Shown here piece after piece: positions 1 through 11,495 of a DNA stretch of 33,471 nt (positions are counted from its first letter, which is position 1; every line of letters starts with the position of its first letter). The DNA is taken from NCBI GenBank assembly GCA_000934665.2, contig KZ539100.1:1-33471 (forward strand), read 5' to 3'. The notes under the pieces were generated by a model. It had not been told where the DNA came from. It ran no database searches and saw nothing but the letters and a program-made list of their open reading frames with translations. The stretch is from Catajapyx aquilonaris (lineage: Eukaryota). A program made the translations under genes and the position numbers.

Positions 1-1014
1 GTTGTGACTCCAGAGGATGTGATGAACTGTGCATGGGGTAGCCCCCAGTGTTTCCTTTTTTAGTTGTGAATTTTTTTAAATAATGATTGGTATTTTTTGT
101 TTTTGTGGCTTAAAACTGAGCTTTGCTTGGAACTGATTGATTTTTTTCCTTTGGAATTCTTTTTTAAAATGCCTTGTGAACTTTCTGAACTCTTAAATTT
201 TTGTTTCACCTCTTTTTTTGAGTGTGTTTTGTGGCGAATACCCATCCTTTCTCCTCCCTAATCCCTTCCCCCCTCCCCTGTTAATCCTTTTGGGTCCTGA
301 TGTGTTGGTGTTGGCAAGTGCTCGACTTCTGTGACACACGGGTGTGGTGTTGGACAGTTTGGGACGACGCTGGGGTGACCTCGCCGCATGCCTGGCGGCC
401 ATGGTCTGGGCTACAGACGTGAGTTAGCTGGCGACCGAGACTGCCAGTGAGCTACGTAGAGGCGCCGGACATGGTGTCATGCGGGATGTACCAGGACGTT
501 GGTGCACCGCTGGCGTGGGGGCTGTCTGGATGCTGACCCGGCGTGAAGCAGTGGTTGAGAGAGGAGGTTGCAGCCCAGCGAAAGAACGAGACCATCCGGA
601 TGTGGACGGCTGGAGATGAACCGGCACTTTGGACGAACTGTTTTCCCTTTTACCCCCACCCCCCGCCACATCACATTGATTTTTTTTTTTTTTGTAATGT
701 TTGGTGAGTTCCTCCTGGTCACTCAAGCTAGTGTCCGGGGTGATGTGACAGAATTGTACTGCCCGCCTTGCTCTTCCCCGCCGGGAGAGGCACCACTTGC
801 CGGCGGCGGGGAGGGGGGAGGCGGGGGAGAGGGGGGAAGAGAGTCGAGTGTGAGCAGCCGAGTAGGGTGGACGCATAGAGGGTCGTCTCCCTGGTGAGTT
901 GCAATGAGTGCTGTACTCCTACCTGATTGGGCATTAAAGCAAAGCGTAACGAGGCAGTCTGTGTTCTGATTATGGAATCGGCATACAAGGTAACCTTTGA
1001 CCTCTGAGGTCACA
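1..1014 (+). mobile_element. 3' part of an LTR retrotransposon (internal tail plus 3' LTR), probably Gypsy/Ty3-type
   Basis: Ends in the LTR at 744-1014, preceded by a short purine-rich stretch (GGGGTGA) at the PPT position. The matching 5' LTR plus PBS is at 32226-32523. No recognisable pol ORF in 1-743. Confidence 0.65.
744..1014 (+). repeat. LTR (271 bp), 3' copy
   Basis: TGTGAC...GTCACA inverted termini; internal ATTAAA; followed by ACCT (1015-1018); differs from 32226-32503 by one substitution and a 7-bp indel. Confidence 0.92.
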
Positions 1015-3790
1015 ACCTGCCTTGTCAATGTTATTCCCAAGTGTGGGATACCAGTTTCCAACCGAATAAAAAAGCCCGCCTTTCTTTTAGGAAGACTAAA
1101 AAACTTTTTTATAAAGTAGTTCTGAATTTGTTCCATATAATGTCCATGTAACGAGTACCCCAGGTTGGAAAAGCGTATTGTGCAATGGGAATAACATGAC
1201 TCACATACAGCTTCTTTGCTAACATAATGTCACGTAACCGTAGTCTAACTAGGGTAGGCCAAAGAGCATTAATTGCTGCTATCGCTTTGGACTTTGTAGA
1301 TTCAGCCATCTTTACAAATTTGCCCGACGAGGAGAAAATCACCCCTAAATATTATTTGTACTGAGAAACAATTTCAAGTGGTTGATCAGCCACCTTGAAC
1401 ACCAGACCTCGTGGTAACCGACCCGCTTTTCTAAAAATCATCACTTTGGTTTTATTGATATTCAGTGTCAGGTGCATGTTGGAAAAGAAAGTTACAGTGG
1501 TCTCTAATGCCTTTTTCAAGTGTAGTGGATTGCTCGCCATTAAAACTATGTCGTCATCATAGGCTAAATAGTGTAGTACATCTGCCTGATTCGCTTCAAA
1601 ATTCACACCATGAGCTCCAGATTCAGTTAGAACTCCCCCGAGGCCTGCTATGTAAATATTAAACAGTACAGGCGAAAGAACCTCCCCCTGCAGTACTACT
1701 CCATTCCCCACATGTAAATGTATGTCCGGTTCGCCTAAGCCTGGAGTGATGCGGAACTTATTATAGTAAATGTCACGGACAATCGCAATAAATTGAGTGC
1801 TTATACCGCTCATTTGCATTGTTGCGTGGTTCACCGTGTCAAAGGCTTTTGATAGGTCTAGGAAAGCGGCGTATAGTTTCCCCTTCGGTGGGTTAATGTA
1901 ACGTTGGATAAACATATTCAGCGTGAAAATATGGTCTACACAGCCCCGACCCGGCCTGAAAGCAGCTTGGGAGTCCGTGAAAAGCCCAGTTTTTTCTATC
2001 CAACCTATCAAACGCTTTGCTAAGATATATGTAAAAAAGTTTCAACTTATTATTAACTAACGATATGGGCCTATAATTTACTGGATCATTCCGGTCACCA
2101 CTTTTGAAAATAGGGATCACCTTGGATTGGGTCCACTATTCCGGAACACTTGCTGATAACAAACTACTGTTAAATAAACCTATGCCTGGTTGCACCAACA
2201 AAATTACCGGTCCGATAGCTCCTAATGGACAGATAGGTAGACCTTTTAACATGTGCTATCGGTCCGTTAGGAGCTACCGGACCGGTAATTTTGTTGGTGC
2301 AACCAGGCACTAGGAGTGAGTCAAAAACATCCACCGTATCAATCCGTAAAAAGGCGTTTGGAACTAGATCAGGGCCAGCAGCCGAGCTGGTTTTAAGAGA
2401 GGTTAAGGCTTGCAATTATCCAACAGTGACACCACACAATGTACCAACTCAAAAGATGCAGGGCCATACGCCTTGCATTTATAAATCGACTTCAAGTTAT
2501 AGTAGCTCCACCATATCGGTTGGCTCAGGGCAACATTTAGTTTTTTTTCCCTATGTTTTTTAACTGTCCTCCAGAAGGTCAAATCGTTTGTGGTTAGCAG
2601 GGCCCTCAGCGGGACCGCGTAATATTTCCTCTTTTTTGCCGTCCTGCAGTTTCTATATGTACGGCGTTGCAACAGATATGCAGATAAAGTGTCGGTTTTT
2701 TTTTACTCCGCCAGTCCTTCAAAAGCCAGCAAGTGTCTTTGACCGTTGACTAATTCGTCATCGAACCAGGGGGCATATGACTGCCTGCTGTGCGCCACGG
2801 TAGTTGGCTTCCTTATCGAGACAAATCTAAATTCGGTTAGAATCTTGTGCGCACTTTGTTCAAAAAATTCCGCACCAGCTGTCAGTGACCTACTTGTTAT
2901 TACATCATACCATTTTTGTGCACAGATATGCGGTGCAAGAAAATTAAATCCTTCCTCCTACCAACATCCACCTGTCCGATTCAGGCAACATTGTCTCCAC
3001 AGGCACAGACAATGACGCAACTAGCGGAAGATGGTCTGATACTATTGAATTATGTATCGCAAAGTCCGTAACCACCGGGATCAACATGGCTGATACCGCA
3101 ATAAAATCCACCACACTTTGCCCTTGACCTTGCAGCCCCAAAAAGGTCAAATCACCCAGAGAATCCGCCGGAAGCGAACCATTTAGCAAAAACAAGAAAC
3201 TTTCTACACAGACGTTTATCAAGTGCTCTACCCCTAGAGTTTACCTTTACATCAGCTGACTTTCTCTCTTGCATTACACTGTTACAAATTGATAATTCTC
3301 TGGGGTGCGCAATCTGAGCATCACTTAACCTAGCATTAAAGTCAAAAATAATTAAATTCCCTTCACAATGATTATTACTGTCAACAATTCTGGTAATGGC
3401 TGCTGCCAGTTGGCCTTCGATGTCTCCGGTTGGGGTCAGGTAGACCAAAAACAGTATAGGGTTGACCCTACGTACTCCCGGGAGCAAGATTTTCACAGCT
3501 AAAAAAAAAAGTATCCGATGCTATCAATTGTGGAGAAAGCTCTTTCTGGACCCAAAGTAACAGACCCCCAGAGGGGCGGCCTCGCGTCTTCCTTCTCGAC
3601 GCAGTCACTTGAAACAATTCGCACTGCGACCAACTAAGCGATGGCTTCAAAACCACTGATAGCCATGTTTCCACCGCACCCAAAATGACACACAATCACC
3701 ACGAGGAGTGAAACTTTTAAACTCACGCCACACTATGCTCACTGGTAGGCTACTCCATGCACGTTCCAGCTTACCACACTCAAACATTGC
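1015..3790 (-). pseudogene. LINE ORF2 (AP endonuclease plus reverse transcriptase), frameshifted
   Basis: EN motifs SWNVHG, VETW, RGRPSGG, DFNAR, SVVDF, SDHLP. RT motifs GPDLVPN, IPIFKSGD..NYRPISL, QAAFRPGRGC.DHIF, FLDLSKAFDTV, LQGEVLSPVLFN, YDDD (degenerate YADD), KTKVMIF. Several stops and frameshifts. Confidence 0.93.
2183..2309. mobile_element. Foldback MITE (PIF/Harbinger-like) inserted in LINE ORF2
   Basis: About 55-bp near-perfect inverted arms (TGCCTGGTTGCACCAACAAAATTACCGGTCC...); 3-bp TSD CTA (2180-2182, 2310-2312); removing it restores the RT frame (DSLLGLFN...W..SKVIPIFK). Confidence 0.85.
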
Positions 3791-3952
3791 GATTTTCGTG
3801 CTGCTGGGGCGGGTGTCCCACGTTGTCTCAGTTGACCATCGGCGGGGTGGCTTCCTCCGGGTCTGCCTGGCTGAGGGACTGGGGCTGGTGGGCCGTTACA
3901 GCTTACAGGATTTGCTGTTGCACACTTGGGGTTCTTCGTATTGGTTTGACCA

Positions 3953-4724
3953 TCAAGGGGCGACCTGGCCGCGGCATATATCACTCTTCGTTGAGAAACG
4001 TGGCTGACCTTCAAGACGGGGCTGACCGGCTGGGCGAAGTTCCTCCAGCAAGGCTGCAGCTGGTTTACCGCCCGTTTGCCGAAGCCCCGTACCAGCTGCA
4101 TCAAGGTCAAATGTCGCACCGTCAATCTTCAGGCCGGCCAGTTGCAATAAGGAGGCCCGGTATCCCTTGTCCCTGGCTAAGTGCAGGTACGGCATCAGTT
4201 TTGATCTCCTGGCTCTGGTTAGCTGCGAGAAGTCCACGCGAAAGGTCGATCCTTTTAATAGTCTGCCATTCGAGATTACCTCCTGCTTGTCTTTGAATCG
4301 CAAAAATTTTGCAATCACCGGACGCGATCCCGTGTCCCGACCTAATCGGTGCACACGATCAAATTCAATGCGTGCCGGATCCTTGTGCAACTTAATTAAA
4401 CTCTGCCACAAAACTGATGCGCACTCGGTACTCCGATTCGGACCATGTATGCACCGGGTTTGTCCTCCAATCCAAAAAGTAGCAAGTTGTTGCGGCGTGA
4501 CTGGTCTTGAAGATATATGTTAGTTGATCAGTTAAATCTCGGACCCGAGTGTCCGTTTCGGCCAGTTGGGCTTCCACCCACGAAACCCTGTTGTTGGTTG
4601 TCACGAGATCGTCCTTCAGTGTGTCAAAACGCTCTTCCAGCTTGACCGTAACCTGGTCCAGCTTTGTATGTAAGCTGGATTCCATCTTCGCCAGTAGCTC
4701 GCGAATGTCCTGAATTGACGCCAT
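3953..4724 (-). pseudogene. LINE ORF1 (coiled coil plus L1-type RRM/CTD), frameshifted
   Basis: ATG at 4724 (MASIQDIRELLAKMESSL..., heptad-like); downstream frame has IEFDRVHRLG..RPVIAKF..KDKQEV...LKGS...DFS..TR..R..L, typical of L1/Transposase_22-like ORF1. Confidence 0.85.
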
Positions 4725-4802
4725 TTTACCGCCTCCGTTATCACGGCTAGCAGGAGCAAGAACGACACGTGTTGTCTGCTCAAGGGTTGGGCTGCGTGTG
4801 GC

Positions 4803-4852
4803 TGACAATAGTGTGTGACAATAGTGTGTGACAATAGTGTGTGACAATAGTG
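4803..4852. repeat. 13-bp tandem repeat (TGACAATAGTGTG, about 3.8 copies) at the LINE 5' end
   Basis: Read directly. Confidence 0.9.
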
Positions 4853-6412
4853 CATGAAACAGACAGGTGTTGAGGTGTAGGCCTGGGTGTAGGTGCTGGT
4901 ATACTACCTGTAGCGTTCGAAGCGCAGTGCTTGAGAAGTTGTAGTTCCTTCCTCGGGTCCTGAGAAAGGAACGGGCAATTCTGTGGAACATGCGACCTGG
5001 GGTGACACCCTCCATCGGAATCAGTAGGTTCCGGACCTGGCGGAGGGTCACGTTCCCAGACCTGGAACAATTTATAGTTAGTATAATGGTATAATTATGG
5101 GTGGAATTTGTGTCCCACTACTGGTTATTGTTAACTGAGCAGTACCAGTGCCAACACTGGCACTGCTAAGTTAGCAGCAACTATAGCAGTGGGATCACCC
5201 AATGTCTTTTGGTCCATCACTTTGCTTGAACATAACACATACCGGAAGAAAAAGAGCGGCAGACGGACCCGCCTTGCGGGACAGATAGGAGCGGGGGCGG
5301 GGGGCGCAGGCGGGGCTGGAGCCACAGTAGGACGAGGAGCTCCCAAGGACACGGGCAGGAGAATGAAGGCACTGGTTTTCGATGGAGGGGATTCCCCGCT
5401 GATTGAATGACGCGCGATGATTGGCCCCACAGCATCCCAGCATGGAGACCACGATAGTCATGACCTCGGGGAGGGCAACACTATTTTTTTTACGTCGCAA
5501 ATGCTATTATGATATTGTGTGCCTCAGCAGCAGCTAATGTGATTCCCAGCGTTACAGCATGTCAGAGACAGTAGCATATATTTTGATATTTCCTGCATTT
5601 GTTATATGATGACAATGATTCCGTGCACCGCCTTACCAGCATGCGGTTGAAAATTCGCCGATCAAATATTATCGCTCACGCGTAAAGAATGGCTTATGCA
5701 TTTCTGAATAAGGGATGATCAAAGGTATCTATTGACTTACCAAAAGTCAAATTCGGTCCAGTAGTCCTACCTGGAGAAATTGGAGCTCGAAAATCGCCCA
5801 AATGCGGTGGTGATCCATATTTTAGGTTTTTTAATTATTATTTATTTCCAACCCTGCGTGACCTATCACAATGAAGTTTTGCATTTAGGCAAAGGTGATT
5901 GGCCTATACATCCTAATCCTAAATATCACTTTGTTGAAATCATAATGCTATGACGAGGTGCGGCTATCGGGAATATACAGGGTGGCCGGTAAATGGCGCA
6001 CAAGCTTCAGCTAGCGAGATTCCTTGTGAAACACCCGTATAATTATGGAAGTGTAGGTCATATTGCTCTCCGAGGCCTGGTTAGGGCTCATGAGACCTCC
6101 AAAGCCCTGAGACGAGCGGTGTGGGTTCCGGAAACTCGCAGATATAGGAAGCTCCTTGCCTTTTTATAAAATACCCTTACTTACTTGGTCCATGTATTCG
6201 TCACCCGCCAAAGGGAAGGGGCAATAAGTGGGGGGCAAGAGTGCGGTTTGTCTGTATAGATTCGGTTTCATGGGCCTCGAGAGTGTTCCTGTGGCATATA
6301 GTATAACTGCAAGCTGCACTGCACACCTAACCAATAGAGAATTGTTTGTAATGGAATCAATATACTTGCACAGTCCTCACAGGAAGACATTGAAGGTTAC
6401 ACTCAACACAAG

Positions 6413-6418
6413 TTTATT
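6413..6418 (-). terminator. Probable poly(A) signal of ZNF gene A
   Basis: AATAAA on the minus strand about 200 nt after the stop; conserved in gene C (17398-17403). Confidence 0.55.
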
Positions 6419-6619
6419 GTCCATCCTTGCTCTGGTGAGCTCGGATTACAAGTGGCCCCTCCTGGGCCCATCTTCCTCTCCACCCGATGAAAGGGATGAG
6501 GGAGGGAAATGGTCCGACCCAACCCCCATGGGGTATGGGACGTCACAGTTTATGTTCCTATGCACTGTTCCTTGTGAATTCTCAACTTACATAAATTACG
6601 AAATTTTGTCTGGCACATA

Positions 6620-7291
6620 TCACAAGTTTTCTCTCGTATGAATTCGCATGTGAACCTTCAATTTACTTGAATCACTAAATTTTTTCTGGCACACCTCACA
6701 AGTGAATGGTTTTTCTCCTGTATGCATTCGCATGTGCTTTTTCAAATGACTCGAATCAGTAAATTTTTTCTGGCACACCTCACAAGTGAATGGTTTTTCT
6801 CCTGTATGAATGCGCATGTGCTTTTTCAAATCACCTGGATAATTAAATTTTTTCTGGCACACCTCACAAGTGAATGGTTTTTCTCCTGTATGAGTGCGCA
6901 TGTGAATTTTCAATTCACTTGGATAATTAAATTTTTTCTGGCACACCTCACAAGTGAATGGTTTTTCTCCTGTATGAGTGCGCATGTGAATTTTCAAATC
7001 ACTTGGATAATGAAATTTTTTCTGGCAGACCTCACAAGTAAATGCCCCCTTGACTGAATGAATTCGATTGTGAGACATCAGCTGCTTTGAATCAGAAAAT
7101 TCTATCTGGCAAATATGGCAATAAGTGCTTTTACTATGAATCATCATGTGCAATTTCAAATCATGCTGGGTGCCAAAAGGTTTCTGACACATTCTGCACT
7201 GAAATGGATTATTTCTACCGCATATTCCTCTGCTCCTTTCCTCTTGCATCCCACTCTCTTCAACTCCATCTTCACTTGTCACATGCAGGAC
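6620..7291 (-). CDS. ZNF gene A, finger exon (7 C2H2 fingers); spliced protein about 311 aa
   Basis: Acceptor TTTCAG|GTC at 7292/7291, phase 0; CxxC..HxxxH repeats with TGEKPF linkers; joins exon 9892-10155 in frame. Confidence 0.92.
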   Translation of the reverse strand, partial: VLHVTSEDGVEESGMQEERSRGICGRNNPFQCRMCQKPFGTQHDLKLHMMIHSKSTYCHICQIEFSDSKQLMSHNRIHSVKGAFTCEVCQKKFHYPSDLKIHMRTHTGEKPFTCEVCQKKFNYPSELKIHMRTHTGEKPFTCEVCQKKFNYPGDLKKHMRIHTGEKPFTCEVCQKKFTDSSHLKKHMRMHTGEKPFTCEVCQKKFSDSSKLKVHMRIHTRENL

Positions 7292-7319
7292 CTGAAATGT
7301 AAATGACAGGACATTAATT

Positions 7320-7700
7320 TCTATTAAGAAGTATGGAAAGTGTGAAGCTTTCAACCTGATTTTGGCATTTGGAAGACATTCCTTCTTATGAAAGCTCAAG
7401 GGATTGTCTCAGAGATCCTCTCATTGTAGAGACGGATGCAAGGAGAGATGCACTATCAGCTCTGCACTCCTCAAGGACAAGGGGTTTACGGGGATATTCT
7501 TCACTCTAGGTCACAATATCACACCCGAGACAATATCTTCCTGTCCACCCAGGAGCTTAAGGTGAGAATAACAACTGCCATAAGTGCTGAACCAGACGTA
7601 CCAGCACTGCCCGCTGTGCAATAAACCAGCTCCAAATAGGACTATGCCCATCCACAAAAAAGGAGATCCAAATGACCCTAAGAATTACCTAATCACTCAC
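7320..7700. mobile_element. Old LINE remnant in the gene A intron
   Basis: PIHKKGDPNDPKNY (RT motif, + strand); homologous to 19050-19400 in gene C and weakly to about 13630-13720 in gene B. Confidence 0.6.
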
Positions 7701-8021
7701 GTGGTGATTTGCCAATCTTGTTTTGTCCCTTCTCCCTCCCGCCTTTTTCTAGTCAAGTTCTTAACATGGTTTTATTTTTGGCTTCACATAGATAAAAGAA
7801 TTGCAGGTGTAATTAGCCAAAGAGGCCTTACCACCTGTGGGCAACAAACCAACGATGTCCGGCTCCCAGATCCATACAGTCTGGGGCCGGGGCATACGAA
7901 ACGTTCCAAGTCAATATTGTCCCAAGGAAGAACCGGAGCCGAAGCCCCAGGCCCCCGGAACCAGCATTAGCCCAAGCCCCCCTGGGCCGGCTTCACATAC
8001 TGCAATTCAATGTCATGTGGC

Positions 8022-8296
8022 CAGGCGCGGATCCAGGGGGGNNNNNNNNNNNNNNNNNNNNNNNNNNNNNNNNNNNNNNNNNNNNNNNNNNNNNNNNNNN
8101 NNNNNNNNNNNNNNNNNNNNNNNNNNNNNNNNNNNNNNNNNNNNNNNNNNNNNNNNNNNNNNNNNNNNNNNNNNNNNNNNNNNNNNNNNNNNNNNNNNNN
8201 NNNNNNNNNNNNNNNNNNNNNNNNNNNNNNNNNNNNNNNNNNNNNNNNNNNNNNNNNNCCCCCCCCCCCCTGAAAACATTTCTGGATCTGCGTCTG
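8022..8296. mobile_element. hAT-type non-autonomous element spanning the assembly gap
   Basis: TIR CAGGCGCGGATCCAG / CTGGATCTGCGTCTG; 8-bp TSD CATGTGGC (8014-8021, 8297-8304). Confidence 0.85.
8042..8258. other. Assembly gap (N run) flanked by G and C homopolymers
   Basis: Run of n characters. Confidence 0.99.
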
Positions 8297-8387
8297 CATG
8301 TGGCACATGCTTTAGCCTAACGAATAAGTTTGTTATAATGAACACAAGAAATGAGCAGGATGTACTGGATCCCTTTATTTATCATAT

Positions 8388-9171
8388 TGTCAGACATGGA
8401 ACAAGAATCCAGCCTCATTTGCGAGGCGTGGGACGGTTTTATTACAAAGACGCAATAAGTACGGGGTCATTCCTTTATTCCTGGAATAATAAGTCTCATT
8501 TCGTAAGCGTGGGATAGAATTGGTACCGAGACGCAAAAGAGTGAAGACACTCTTTTATTCCTGGGAAAGTATCCCACTATCATTGTGGAGAATGACTTGC
8601 CAACAAAAGTACCTGCGTCTAAGGAAGGTGAGCCACGTCAGAAAGCGTAAATAACATGAAGCAGTATAGGCTCACCCTTCCAATGACGAACAAAGCACTG
8701 TCAGCCACCTCCTGACCTTTGCGACTCATGCGATCTAATTCCGACCTTTGGGTGACTTTCCGACAGGAAAGGGTTTGGCGGGCGATGCACTAATACTTCG
8801 GAGAAATGCCATCCAGGAGGGGATATAAAAAGGGGTGGTCTATCTGACCAGAGACTGACTGAGACAGAGAGAGCTTGGCAGAGAGAGTTCCACCAACAGC
8901 CCAGATCAACGTAGATCTACCGTACAAGATGATTGGCATCAAGGGGCGTGAGTATAAGTCCTAACAGGACCCCCTGTTGTCTCCCCTCCAGTGTCTGTTG
9001 CTGTTTGTTGATCGTTCGTTCCCTGAATAAAAATATGTTTCATGTGGAAAACGAAGTGCGGTGTCTTTCTCCTGATCTCCCCTGCTTGACCAACTCGACT
9101 GAGTATTCCGGCACCGAAAGATCTGCCGAATTACGACCCTATTTTGCCGCTAAACTGGCGACAATCTGACA
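8388..9171 (+). mobile_element. Solo LTR (784 bp) in the gene A intron, antisense to the gene
   Basis: TGTCAGA...TCTGACA termini; 4-bp TSD ATAT (8384-8387, 9172-9175); TATA-like GATATAAAA near 8822; AATAAA near 9026. Confidence 0.88.
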
Positions 9172-9891
9172 ATATAAGATGTTTTTCTCCCCGAGTATGG
9201 GCGTCTTACGGACTCCGTTAAACACTGACACAAATTACCTGAAGATGCATGGAATGATGATAATTATTATCTTCTACTGCATATGAAGAACTACATAAAG
9301 TGGAAAGCCGCGTTTGCCCCTATCTGTTGCGGTTGAGACCCTGATACCTGTCAACAGACGGGCAGACAGAGCCATTCTAAGAGACTTTTTTTTTTTTTTT
9401 TCGATGATGATAAAAGTCTAAAGAGGGAAGAGCAAGAGGATGCACTATATTGAGCGCGCCGGATCTGACATCGCTCATATCTCGAAAATGGCTGCGAAGC
9501 GTGGGTTTTTACGTTCACCAGTGAATTCTACGCATGTGATTTACCCTCTGACCGATTTTTGTCCAAATCCTTCATATGGCTACATAGGGAGTTGTGGGGG
9601 CCTGGTCTGGGCTAAAGGCATACAACAAGCAGAAGACATTGTGAATCCATGGTAAAATGATGATCCATACTCTCTTACGGGGAAAAAAAAAACACTTGAA
9701 TGTGATCAAATAGGCAAATATCATGCAGATGTTGGAAGGGGAACAATTTACATCAATAAGTGGCTGAACAGGCAGAGCTGGAGGGTGGGTACTCCCACAA
9801 TATCTTTTCCATGCCTATGTGTTTGATTAGGATTGATGATTTGTTGTCGCTTCTGGGTAAAATTATACTGCAATTTCAGCAGATGGCTTAC

Positions 9892-10155
9892 CCCACTATT
9901 CCCTCCAGATCCAAGACCCAAAGGGTCATCTTCATCATCACCCTCCCTGGGCATGTCCACCACCATCTCCTCCTCCGCTTCCTCCTTCTTGACCTCAAGG
10001 AGAGTGTCTTCCATGAGCGCAGTAGACTCACTGTCCAGCCATGGTGGTGGTGCTTCCTCCTCCTTCACCCTTAGCCTCCAACTCTCCTCATCCACTGTGA
10101 TGTCCTCCTCCTCCTTCACTTCCTCCTCCTTCTTTATCTTCAGGATGAAAGACAT
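9892..10155 (-). CDS. ZNF gene A, first coding exon (88 aa acidic N-terminal domain)
   Basis: TTTGCAG|GGCC-ATG start context; MSFILKIKKEEEVKEEEDITVDEESWRLRVKEE...DDPL; donor GG|GTAAGC at 9891; 264 nt, phase 0; upstream UTR-intron donor GTGAGT at 10311. Confidence 0.88.
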
Positions 10156-10491
10156 GGCCCTGCAAACACAAGAAGTGGAGGTCATGGAGTCAAGGAGTAT
10201 TCCAATCAAGGCAACAATACTGAAGATGAGGAACATTATTCCTCTGAGAAGTGTGGGCAAAGGGAAGCAAACCAGATCAGTTCCATCCCCACCACTACAA
10301 CTTCAACTCACCCTTCTTCTTCCCTCCAGAGTGCCAATTGATGCGTGGACGAGAGGGGAAGGGGGAAGAAGAGTCCCTCCCCCGTCTGGGGTTCCAATGG
10401 AATCCAGGGGACTGTGAGACGGGTTCAAACAGAGTTCCTATTCACACGAAAAGAAGAAGAAGAAGATAGAATCGTCAGGACAGAATATTCT

Positions 10492-10625
10492 TCAGGCGGC
10501 CATCTTTTTTATGCAAATGAGGGTGCGTTCCTACCCCCACACCTGGTCGGAAGGACGGGATTAGACGCTATTGCTACTTCCCAAGTCGCCGCTACTGGTG
10601 AGGCTGCTATGCGCTAATAGCTCTT
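10492..10625 (-). promoter_or_regulatory. Conserved promoter/5' cassette of gene A
   Basis: GCGGCCATCTT (YY1/Pho-like), ATGCAAAT, GAGGGTGCGTTC, GGAAGG, CGCTATT and GCCGCTACT blocks repeated upstream of the paralogues. Confidence 0.7.
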
Positions 10626-10888
10626 CTCGGAACATAATCATTACACTTTCTCACTTTTGTTAAAGAAAGGTTCCGATGTTCCGATTTAACTCAAAGAATT
10701 CTGGAATCGATCCTCATAAAGTGTCCCTTCTGAGAATAGTATTCCACGAGCCACTCCATAAATTAATAATGTCTAGGCTACTTCCTGAAATAAAATAAGG
10801 AACTTCAATAATGAGAGGGTTTGGTATTTTGTGAATTTCTTTGTGGTTCATGGAGAGAATTTATTGCCATCAAACATTATGCACAACC

Positions 10889-10891
<3 letters not shown>

Positions 10892-10923
<32 letters not shown>
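10892..10923. repeat. (CT)n microsatellite
   Basis: Read directly. Confidence 0.95.
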
Positions 10924-10927
<4 letters not shown>

Positions 10928-11495
10928 ACTGGTTTTTAAAGAATGCAACATTAAAAATTTCTTCACACATATTGTCGTCAACTAGTTCACATTCTAAGGT
11001 CGTTTTCGAGGGGGCGGATTCTGATTTTTTTTTTTTCCCCATGAGCCAACAAATAGTCTGTGAGGATGGGCAGAGTTGTTTCCCCTAAATGTAACGTATT
11101 TGATGTAACTCTGCCTACTGCTGCAAGTGGTTTGCATTATTATTTTGTACAACTTTTTTACAAGGAATTCCGCACAATAATGCAAGGTGACTCTAAAGTC
11201 AGGTTTCACAGGTAAGTAGCAGCAGAGCCCGTTCTTCGCATGGCCTATTTCCATGGTGATCACACCAACACAATCCCGTCGCCACGGGCAAACAAAAAAC
11301 AAAGAAACTTTGCCTTGCGTAGATTTTGAAAATTTATAGCAGCAAACCCGTGTGTAGTGTCGGGTGTTGAACTTGGTATCAGCCAATGTGTCACGCAGAA
11401 GTGATTGAAAGCGGAGGGAGAATATTATCAAGTACAGTACCAAATACAGTTTTACGCCGTTCGATTGTATGCCGGTTTGAAAATAACATTTTTAA

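Larger units (their letters stand above)
1015..4800 (-). mobile_element. Degenerate non-LTR retrotransposon (LINE, RTE-X-like), 5' portion: ORF1 plus EN-RT ORF2, cut by the LTR insertion
   Basis: ORF1 and ORF2 motifs in the expected order on the minus strand; 5' end approximate; clade is inferred from motif style. Confidence 0.88.

Noticed and set aside
4860..5500. GC-rich short ORFs upstream of the LINE
   Set aside because: No recognisable domain or termini; cannot assign.
6722..7057. Repetitive + strand ORFs (FFLAHLTSEWFFSC...), also 18569-19036 and 28033-28587
   Set aside because: Reverse-strand reading of zinc-finger repeats.
7837..8517. ORFs spanning X runs
   Set aside because: Artefacts of the N gap.
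9833..10417. Ser-rich + strand ORFs recurring in each unit (also 16203, 20437, 26657, 29595)
   Set aside because: Antisense shadows of the GAG/GAA-rich acidic exon; starts and stops are not conserved.
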